Source: Myxococcota bacterium (GTDB taxonomy: Bacteria; Myxococcota_A; UBA796; GCA-2862545). From it: DNA of 13,699 nt. The stretch spans positions 1 through 13,699 of the forward strand of contig JBCCQY010000202.1 in the NCBI GenBank assembly GCA_039208735.1. The letters run 5' to 3'. Below the pieces are notes generated by a model. The model saw nothing but the letters and a program-made list of their open reading frames with translations. It did not search any database and had not been told where the DNA came from. Position numbers and translations under genes: made by a program. Every line of letters starts with the position of its first letter. Positions within the stretch are counted from its first letter, which is position 1. This document shows positions 7,298-13,699 of this stretch, one piece after another.

Positions 7298-7612
7298 ATG
7301 GCCGATACCCAAGAATACTTCAACAACACGCTGAAGGAAAAGCTCGCGAGCAACCCGCAGCTCGTCAAGGACATCGGCGCGGTCTACGTGTTCAAGATCG
7401 ACGGCGCCGGCGAATGGACCGTCGATCTGACCGGTGATGGCGAGGTCAAGGCCGAAGCGATCGATGGGGCCGGCTGTGTGGTCGAGGCCGCCAAGGCAGA
7501 CTTCGAAAACATGCTCGACAACCCCGGTCAGGCCATGATGCTATTCATGTCGGGCAAGCTCAAGGTTAGCGATGTGCAGCTCGGCCTGCAGCTTCAGAAG
7601 CTGCTGTCCTGA
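7298..7612 (+). CDS. SCP2 sterol/lipid-binding domain protein, 104 aa
   Basis: GGAGG at 7288-7292 before ATG 7298. AVYVFKIDGAGEWTVDL...DFENML...AMMLFMSGKLKVSDVQLGLQLQKLL is a typical SCP2 pattern (FMxGKLKV). Confidence 0.93.
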   Translation: MADTQEYFNNTLKEKLASNPQLVKDIGAVYVFKIDGAGEWTVDLTGDGEVKAEAIDGAGCVVEAAKADFENMLDNPGQAMMLFMSGKLKVSDVQLGLQLQKLLS

Positions 7613-8024
7613 TCGCCACCACCAGGTGATCCGGCTCGTCGGTTCCCACCCGGAGCCGGCGGCCATCCGCTAGGGTGAGCTTGATGGCACGGCTTCCGGC
7701 CGCATGCCACAGCCACCCACTCGGCGTCCAATGGGCCCCAGGACCGAGCCACCACCATCCGTGGCGGCCCGCATCGACGCTGACGATCGTGTCGAGCGGG
7801 ATCCGTCGTCGAATGAGGCCGATCCCCAAACGCAGCTCGAGGGCGCGATCGTCGATCAGCACGGTGAGCATGCCGACCAGGATGCCGTAGGTGACCAAGG
7901 TGCCCACGAGCACGCCCACCTCCGACCAATGGCCATCGATGGCGAGCACAAACCCGACGGGCATCGCGACGGCGGTGAGGACCCCAAACCAGGGAAAGTC
8001 GAAGGTTCTACGTTGGTACCGCAT
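7566..8024 (-). CDS. Small membrane protein, 2 TM helices plus a bacterial-PH-like C-terminal domain, 152 aa
   Basis: ATG 8024 lies 14 nt after the SDR stop. MRYQRRTFDFPWFG, two hydrophobic helices, then LTVLIDDRALELRLGIGLIRRRIPLDTIVSV...GWLW...AIKLTLADGRRLRVGTDEP. Confidence 0.85.
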   Translation of the reverse strand: MRYQRRTFDFPWFGVLTAVAMPVGFVLAIDGHWSEVGVLVGTLVTYGILVGMLTVLIDDRALELRLGIGLIRRRIPLDTIVSVDAGRHGWWWLGPGAHWTPSGWLWHAAGSRAIKLTLADGRRLRVGTDEPDHLVVAIRTAASEAAGRAAHR

Positions 8025-8038
8025 GCGGGTCGAGCCGG

Positions 8039-8908
8039 TCAGAGTCGCTCCAAGAGATCCTCGGTCGCTTGCCACAAGGCCGGTCCCGCTTGGGGATCGG
8101 TCGCGGCGGGCAGCGTTTCGGCGACCTTGCAGTCGGCGAAGTAGGTGCCGCTCACCGTGGCAACGTCCGGGTGCACGGCAGCGTAGCACTGGGTGGCGGC
8201 CCCCTGGCCGAGGGTCTTGAGTCGGTTCTTCAGGGACTCAAACAGCGTCTCGGCATCTTCGATGTGGCGGGCCAGGTTTGTGGCGATCACCCCGGGGTGA
8301 ACGCTGTTGGCCACGCGATCCGTTCCTGCGAGCCGGGACGCCAGTTCGTTGGCAAAGACAATGTTGGCCAACTTCGAACGTCCGTAGGCCCGCCACGGCT
8401 CGTAATCCGAGCTGCCATCGAGGTTGTCGAGTTCTAAGCCCTCCGCTGCACGGAAATGGGCGCCTGAGGACAGGATGACCACGCGTCCCCCAGTCTGGAC
8501 CTGATCGATCAGTCCCGTCACCAGCACGAAGTGGCCAACGTGGTTGGTGAGGAACTGGAGTTCGACACCGTCCTTTTGGGTGAGCGTGGGGAGGGCCATG
8601 ATGCCCGCGTTGGCGATGATGCCGGTGAGGGTCTCCCCCTTGAGCGTCTCCACACACGCACGCACATGAGGAATGTCGGACAGCTCGCAGGCCACCGGGC
8701 GCCCGTCGAGTCCCAGGTCCTTCAGGGCTTGGTCCGCCTTTTCGATGGTTCGCGCCGCCCCAATGATGCGCGCCCCCCGAGCGCCAAGCACCCGAGCCGT
8801 TTCATGGCCCAGACCGGAGTTGACGCCGGTAATGAGCCAAGTTTGACCGCTGAGATCGAGGCCTTCGGTGACCTCTTCGGCGGTGGTGGAAAAACCGAAG
8901 TCGGCCAT
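8039..8908 (-). CDS. Classical SDR-family NAD(P)-dependent oxidoreductase (retinol dehydrogenase/WWOX-like subgroup), 289 aa
   Basis: TGVNSGLG Rossmann motif, ANAG, QFLTNHVGHF, catalytic YGRSK, VHPGVIATNL, QGAAT. Strong SD (GAGGAGG) upstream. Confidence 0.96.
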   Translation of the reverse strand: MADFGFSTTAEEVTEGLDLSGQTWLITGVNSGLGHETARVLGARGARIIGAARTIEKADQALKDLGLDGRPVACELSDIPHVRACVETLKGETLTGIIANAGIMALPTLTQKDGVELQFLTNHVGHFVLVTGLIDQVQTGGRVVILSSGAHFRAAEGLELDNLDGSSDYEPWRAYGRSKLANIVFANELASRLAGTDRVANSVHPGVIATNLARHIEDAETLFESLKNRLKTLGQGAATQCYAAVHPDVATVSGTYFADCKVAETLPAATDPQAGPALWQATEDLLERL

Positions 8909-8926
8909 GGTTCCCTCCTCGCACGA

Positions 8927-10471
8927 CTACCGGTACCGTCGCCGAACGAGCACGGCGACAGCTCCCGCGATGGCGAGGGCCGGCCAGAGCACCACGAACA
9001 GCACGGCCTGGACCGCGAGATCGCCCTGCGAGAGGCGGAGCGCTTCGGCGGGCGAGGGGCGGGCGCCCACTTGGGCTGGCTCACGGACCAGCCAGGCGAT
9101 CGTGTTCAGGAACAGGTCGGTGTTGTTCGCGAGCTGGGCGCCCCGGCGCGAAGCAAAGTCCGCATCGCCCACGACCACGACCCGTCCGCCGGCCTGCAGG
9201 CTTAAGGGGGGAGCGTCGCGGGTGAGCGGACCCAGCGCTCGAGGCGCATCGATCCGCGAAGCGCTGACCACCGCGTAGGGCCCATTGGCGAGAGGGTTGC
9301 CCGAAGAGGGCCGCTGGCGCGCATCGTCGCTTGTCCAGACCAACCCATCCACCTCGACGCCTTCGAGTTGGTAGTCCGGATCGACGGCTCGAGCGCCGAT
9401 GAACGCGAAACCGGCCAAGTCGCTCGTGATGGGGTGGCCGCCCTCGCTCGGGAGCCACAGCGCGCTCGCATCGGCTCCAGCAATTTGGTAGGACGCGCGT
9501 GGGTCTTCGAGGGGCCAAGGGGGCGTGATGAGCCCATACCGACCCAGCCATGCCGAAAGGTTGGGGCTCTGTTGGGGCTCGAGGAGGACGAACAGCTGAC
9601 CGCCGCCCAGCACGTACGCGTCAAGCTTCGCGATGGCTTGGTCCGACAGGGTCAGGACCGGGCGTGCGATCACCACCAGTTCGCAGCTCGGTTCGATGCC
9701 TTCGGCGACCAGTCGGGTCAGCGTGACCTGGTAGTTGAGGCGCTCGAGGGCCGTGCGCACGCCACCGAGTCCGGCCGCAGACGTCTCGTCGTCGGGGTCG
9801 GCCTCTCCGTGGTCCACCGTCCAACACACCTGATGGAGCACCTCAGAGGTCGCTTCGACGAGGGCGCTGATGAGGTCGGTCTCGTCGATCGTGCCGTCCA
9901 TTCGAACGGGGGGGCGTCCTGGAGCCTGCACCATCACCACGCTCTGCTCACCGGTGATGCCGGCGTCGCGAGCCTGGGCCGGTGCTGCAATGGGGTCGAC
10001 GAACTCGACCGTGAGCTGGTCGGTGTGGCCCTGGGCGCGTCGTAAGAGCCGAGCCACCTCTTCCCGCCCCGGCGACAGGGCCGTCGCAAATGCCGTGGCT
10101 TGCACGGGGATGGTCATCCCTTCGAGCATGCGAATGGATTGATCCGACAGCGTGTTGCGCCCCGTCCGGGTGAGATCGAGGGTTTGCTCATTGCGCCCCG
10201 CTAACGTCACGAGCCCGACGGTCAGTGCGAATGCCAACGCGGTGGCGAGCACGTTGGACAGCGTGCGGGTCGTCGAGGCCTCACGGAACCAGGCGAGCAG
10301 CGCCTCTCGGCGGACCGCGGCATACAGGAGGCCGAGTCCGATCGCGGCGAGGCCTAGGTTCTGGACAGATCCCGAACCCATGCCGTCCATCGCGAGCCCC
10401 AGGAGGGCCCCAAGGCCCAACACCCCCGCCGCGAGCCCCAAGGTCCATGCCCAACGATCGATCAGCGCCAT
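8927..10471 (-). CDS. gldG: GldG-family (ABC_transp_aux / GIFT domain) membrane-anchored auxiliary component, 514 aa
   Basis: Three N-terminal TM helices, DLTRTGRNTLSDQS, VEFVDP, DHGE, LVVIARP, YVLGGGQLFVLLEP, HPIT, RVVVVGDADFAS...NTDLFLNTIAWL, then a C-terminal TM followed by RRRYR. Start overlaps the permease stop. Confidence 0.9.
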   Translation of the reverse strand: MALIDRWAWTLGLAAGVLGLGALLGLAMDGMGSGSVQNLGLAAIGLGLLYAAVRREALLAWFREASTTRTLSNVLATALAFALTVGLVTLAGRNEQTLDLTRTGRNTLSDQSIRMLEGMTIPVQATAFATALSPGREEVARLLRRAQGHTDQLTVEFVDPIAAPAQARDAGITGEQSVVMVQAPGRPPVRMDGTIDETDLISALVEATSEVLHQVCWTVDHGEADPDDETSAAGLGGVRTALERLNYQVTLTRLVAEGIEPSCELVVIARPVLTLSDQAIAKLDAYVLGGGQLFVLLEPQQSPNLSAWLGRYGLITPPWPLEDPRASYQIAGADASALWLPSEGGHPITSDLAGFAFIGARAVDPDYQLEGVEVDGLVWTSDDARQRPSSGNPLANGPYAVVSASRIDAPRALGPLTRDAPPLSLQAGGRVVVVGDADFASRRGAQLANNTDLFLNTIAWLVREPAQVGARPSPAEALRLSQGDLAVQAVLFVVLWPALAIAGAVAVLVRRRYR

Positions 10472-11211
10472 CGGAAGGCCTCCACCCGCTGCAGCGCGGC
10501 GAAGAACCAGACGGCGCCAAACGCGATGAAGTAGGTCACGTCCGACAGCCGGAGCGCTCCTTCAAAACCCGCTTCGGCGTGGGTCACGGTCGACAGCTGC
10601 GTCAGGGGATGGCCGGGGCCGAAGTTCCCGATTACCTGCAACCCGATGGCAATGGCGAAGGTGAACAGGCTCGCCACGAGCTGGCTCGAGGTGAATGCAC
10701 TGCAACACAGTCCGATCGCGACGAGTAGGCCACTGTGAAGCCACAGGGTCAGGTACGCGGCGACGAGCTGACCCGGATCGAGGTCGGCGCCGCCGGCGAT
10801 GCCCAAAGCATAGGGCACCGTGCCCACGACCAGGCCCGTCAGCACGATCCAGGCTCCAAGGAACTTGCCGCCGACGATGTCGAGGGCGGTCACCGGGGAG
10901 GTGAGGAGCAGATCGATGGTGTGGCGTCGGACCTCGTCGGCGAGCAGACGCATCGTCAGAGCCGGCACGACGAAGGCGAGAAGCACCATTGCGGTTCCGA
11001 AGAAGGGCAGGACCAGCATGTCGTCGATGGTGACTTCGGGCCCCCCGCCAAAGGGCGAAGGGGGAAGTTCCTGGACTAGCGTCACGTAGTTGACGAGGTT
11101 TATCCACCAAAACAGGCCGGTGAGGAACAGCCAACCACACAGCATCAGCCAGCCGATGGGGGTGGTGAACCACGCGACGATCTCGCGTCGCGCGATGACC
11201 CAGGCCTTCAC
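10462..11211 (-). CDS. ABC-2 type permease, GldF-like, 249 aa
   Basis: IARREIVAWFTTPIGW, VPALTMRLLADEVRRHTIDLLLTSPV...IVGGKFLG, IGLCCSAFTSSQLVA; about 6 TM helices. GTGA overlap with the ATPase. Confidence 0.93.
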   Translation of the reverse strand: MKAWVIARREIVAWFTTPIGWLMLCGWLFLTGLFWWINLVNYVTLVQELPPSPFGGGPEVTIDDMLVLPFFGTAMVLLAFVVPALTMRLLADEVRRHTIDLLLTSPVTALDIVGGKFLGAWIVLTGLVVGTVPYALGIAGGADLDPGQLVAAYLTLWLHSGLLVAIGLCCSAFTSSQLVASLFTFAIAIGLQVIGNFGPGHPLTQLSTVTHAEAGFEGALRLSDVTYFIAFGAVWFFAALQRVEAFRWR

Positions 11212-12092
11212 GCCTCCTCCCCTTCGCTCAGCAGATCGAGGAACCGCTGTTCAAGTCCGACTTGGCGAAGCTCGAGGAGTCCCCACGGCACCATGGCGCG
11301 AGCGACCACCTCTCGGATGTCGTCGCTCGCGGCGATGCGAAAGCGGTCGTCGTCGAGCGTTTCCACGCGCACGATGTGTTCGAGGTCTGCCAGCGCCTTC
11401 TGGGCCGCGTCGTCGGGCCGCGCAAGCCGGATCTCGATGCGCCGCGCCGCAGGTTCCGGCGTCTCGATGCCACGAACTTCGCCGCGTTGCAGCACGATCA
11501 CGCGGTCACAGATCGCTTCGATCTCGGCGAGGACATGCGACGAGATGAGGATGGTGGTGCCGGTGGCGGCGAGGTCCCGAATCGCAGCTCGAATTTCGAG
11601 GCGTTGGGCGGGATCGAGCCCCGAGAGCGGTTCATCGAGAATCAACACCTTTGGGGCATGCACGAGGGCTTGGGCGAGTCCGACACGCTGACGGAAGCCT
11701 TTGGACAGGTTGCCGATGATGCGGTGGCGCACTTCGACGATGCCCGTGCGTTCCCATAGCGAAGGCAGCGCCGAAGGATCGGCATCTTTCAGGTCGGCAC
11801 AAAATCGCAGGTACGCGTCGACCGACATCTCGTCGTAGAGCGGCGGAACCTCGGGGAGGTAGCCAACGATGCGCTTCACCGCGACCGGTTCCTCAAGCAC
11901 GTTGATGCCATCGATGCGTGCGGTGCCCTCGGTGGCTGCGAGCGCCCCCGTGAGGATGCGCATGGTCGTGGTTTTGCCTGCGCCATTGGGACCCAAGAGG
12001 CCCACCACCTCGCCAGCCGGCACCTCGAACGTCACGCCCTGCAGCGCCGCCACCGGTCCATACATCTTGGTGAGCGCTTCGACGTCGATCAC
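11208..12092 (-). CDS. ABC transporter ATP-binding protein, GldA-like, 294 aa
   Basis: Walker A GPNGAGKT, GYLPE, signature LSKGFRQRVGLAQAL, Walker B VLILDEP, H-loop SSH. GGAGG before GTG 12092. Confidence 0.96.
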   Translation of the reverse strand: MIDVEALTKMYGPVAALQGVTFEVPAGEVVGLLGPNGAGKTTTMRILTGALAATEGTARIDGINVLEEPVAVKRIVGYLPEVPPLYDEMSVDAYLRFCADLKDADPSALPSLWERTGIVEVRHRIIGNLSKGFRQRVGLAQALVHAPKVLILDEPLSGLDPAQRLEIRAAIRDLAATGTTILISSHVLAEIEAICDRVIVLQRGEVRGIETPEPAARRIEIRLARPDDAAQKALADLEHIVRVETLDDDRFRIAASDDIREVVARAMVPWGLLELRQVGLEQRFLDLLSEGEEA

Positions 12093-12133
12093 CGGCCCCT
12101 CCGGGCCTCACATAGCCTCGTCACGCAAGGCGC

Positions 12134-13159
12134 TCAGCGAGCCGCACGCTCGAGTCGGTCTGCGATGGCGTGACCCAGGCCCACATGGCTCGGGCATCGT
12201 TCGGCGATCAGCGCTTCCGCTGTGCTTTCGTCGAGTTCGCGGAGTACCGCGAAGAGCCGTTGCGCCGCCTCGGTCAGGGTCGAAGCCGACAACGACCGGG
12301 CAATGACGACGGTGTGGCCCTGCGCTTCGTAGGCGGCCTGCGCCTCTTCGACGGGACCCAGCACACGAAGGAGACCCACACATGGCGGGGCGCCCACCAG
12401 AGGCTTCGTCAAGTCGTCGACGAGGGTGAGCGGGGTGCCTGGGGCGTAATGGCGCGACAGCTGACCTGGCGCTTCGGGGCGTTCCCCCACCGACAGGGGA
12501 GCCTGCCTCACCACAGGGCCCGCAACCGCCTCGATGTCTTCGACGGGCAACGCGCCCGGTCGGAGTAGGCGGAGGGTCCCGTCCGGATCGACGGCGAGCA
12601 CCGTCGACTCCACGCCGAGCGGAGTGGGACCGGCATCGACCACGGCGTCGATGCGCCCGTCCAGCTCTGCCCGAACGGCGTCGGCCGTGGTGGGCGAGAT
12701 CGAGCCAAATCGATTCGCGCTCGGCGCCACGAGCGGACCCCCAAACGCCTTGAGAAGCGCCTGGGTGGTCGGATGGGCGGGCATGCGTACCGCCACCGTG
12801 GGCTTGCCCGACGTCACGAGGTCCGGTACCGCATTTGAACGCGGGAGCACCAAGGTCAGCGGTCCCGGCCAGAAGACTCTGGTAAGCGTTGTGACCGCTT
12901 CTTTTCCGCGGGGCGCGTAGTCGTCGAGCACGACCAGCGTTCTGAGGACATCTTCTGGCGGTCCGACCGGCAGATGCACAATCAGAGGATCGAACCGAGG
13001 CCTCTCCTTGGCGTCAAAAATCTTGACGATGGCGGTCGGTTCAAAAGCGTCTGCAGCCAGTCCGTACACGGTTTCAGTGGGCATTGCGACGAGTCGAGCT
13101 TTTTTCAGCAACGCTGCGGCCGTGTACAAGTCTTGGCTAGTGGGCACAAGAGAAAGCAC
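12134..13159 (-). CDS. sua5: L-threonylcarbamoyladenylate synthase, Sua5/TsaC2 type (YrdC + SUA5 domains), 341 aa
   Basis: PTETVYGL, KERP..DPLIVH, FWPGPLTLV, VRMPAHP, APSAN..SPT, GVESTV, LLRPG, APGQLSRHYAP linker, C-terminal GLGHAIADRLERAA. Confidence 0.97.
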   Translation of the reverse strand: MLSLVPTSQDLYTAAALLKKARLVAMPTETVYGLAADAFEPTAIVKIFDAKERPRFDPLIVHLPVGPPEDVLRTLVVLDDYAPRGKEAVTTLTRVFWPGPLTLVLPRSNAVPDLVTSGKPTVAVRMPAHPTTQALLKAFGGPLVAPSANRFGSISPTTADAVRAELDGRIDAVVDAGPTPLGVESTVLAVDPDGTLRLLRPGALPVEDIEAVAGPVVRQAPLSVGERPEAPGQLSRHYAPGTPLTLVDDLTKPLVGAPPCVGLLRVLGPVEEAQAAYEAQGHTVVIARSLSASTLTEAAQRLFAVLRELDESTAEALIAERCPSHVGLGHAIADRLERAAR

Positions 13160-13263
13160 AATAGGAGTGCTCCCTGAGTTCGCACGGTCCCCTCAACGGG
13201 TCGAGCAAACGAAGTAGCGCAATTGGCGTCCCGTGGTGTCCCACCATGGGCTGAGGAGGAACC

Positions 13264-13699
13264 ATGCTGCCCGTACTGGGACTACTTGTCGCGGCTCCCA
13301 CCGCCGAGGCAAGCTCGAATATCGTGTTCAACGTCAGCGGTCCAGTGGCGATCTTCGTTGACGGCAAAAAGGCAACCCTGACTGGGAAGTTGCAACAAAC
13401 CGTGACGGGACTCAAGCCCGGATCGCACCGCATCCGGGTGGCGGGAGTCTTTGGAAAGACCCTGTTTGAAGCCGACATGGAAGTGCCGGACAACACCATG
13501 ACGTGGGCCGAGTGGGACAAGGGAACGCTTCGCGTGCTCCGTACCGAATGGCTCGAAGACCGGCAGGTCCAGGCGGCTGAGCCGGTCCCGGCCGAAAAGG
13601 ACATGGCGGTGGCTGAAGCGCCCGCGCCGGTCCCGGCTGCGCCCCCCGTGGCAGCGGCTCCGGCGCCTGCGCCCGCTCCGGCCCCTGCGCCCGCCCCGG
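13264..13699 (+). CDS. Secreted protein with signal peptide, PEGA-like beta domain and Ala/Pro-rich linker; partial, runs off the right edge
   Basis: GAGGAGGA at 13253-13260, ATG 13264. Translation: MLPVLGLLVAAPTAEA|SSNIVFNVSGPVAIFVDGKK...TGLKPGSHRIRVAG...AEAPAPVPAAPPVAAAPAPAPAPAPAPAP, with no stop. The AEA signal-peptidase site and IFVDG / LKPGSHRIRV are PEGA-like. Confidence 0.85.
   Translation, partial: MLPVLGLLVAAPTAEASSNIVFNVSGPVAIFVDGKKATLTGKLQQTVTGLKPGSHRIRVAGVFGKTLFEADMEVPDNTMTWAEWDKGTLRVLRTEWLEDRQVQAAEPVPAEKDMAVAEAPAPVPAAPPVAAAPAPAPAPAPAPAP
13657..13699 (+). repeat. Coding tandem repeat (GCNCCN)n with an 18-bp higher-order unit, encoding (Ala-Pro)7+
   Basis: gctccggcgcctgcgccc / gctccggcccctgcgccc / gccccgg, truncated by the window end. 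Confidence 0.85.

Noticed and set aside
8025..8189. 5' extension of ORF 7566..8189
   Set aside because: It overlaps the SDR in another frame; the protein-like sequence begins at ATG 8024.
8927..12092. Interpreting the gldAFG-like genes as Bacteroidota-type gliding motility
   Set aside because: Homologs are widespread outside Bacteroidota, and no gldK/L/M/N or T9SS genes are present in the window.
13137..13604. 155-aa minus-strand ORF upstream of sua5
   Set aside because: Antisense to the plus-strand secreted protein, which has a strong SD, a signal peptide and GC3-biased codons.

Overview
GC-rich, densely coding bacterial chromosomal segment. It is most likely Myxococcota/deltaproteobacterial, inferred from the 'GPAGFRKRLALK' Hanks-kinase motif and the overall gene mix. 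Left to right it holds: (1) a >1187-aa Ser/Thr kinase-STAND ATPase-TPR protein on the minus strand, running off the left edge and absent from the ORF track; (2) an XRE/MmyB-type regulator divergent from a small 4-TM protein, with a perfect palindrome between them; (3) a PHP-family phosphoesterase translationally coupled to a 474-aa hypothetical membrane protein; (4) an SCP2 lipid-binding protein; (5) a minus-strand run of sua5, a GldA/GldF/GldG-like ABC transporter, an SDR and a small membrane protein; (6) the start of a secreted PEGA-like protein with an Ala-Pro linker. No RNA genes, CRISPR arrays or mobile elements were seen. The most unusual element is the 474-aa protein (5778..7202). By eye it reads as one polypeptide combining degenerate ECF sigma regions 2 and 4, a ZAS (HxxxCxxC) anti-sigma zinc finger, a possibly degenerate nucleotidyl-cyclase-like domain, a TM helix and a DUF4384-like external domain. 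It is therefore a candidate one-component membrane-tethered sigma/anti-sigma fusion. All domain calls come from motif reading, not database searches.
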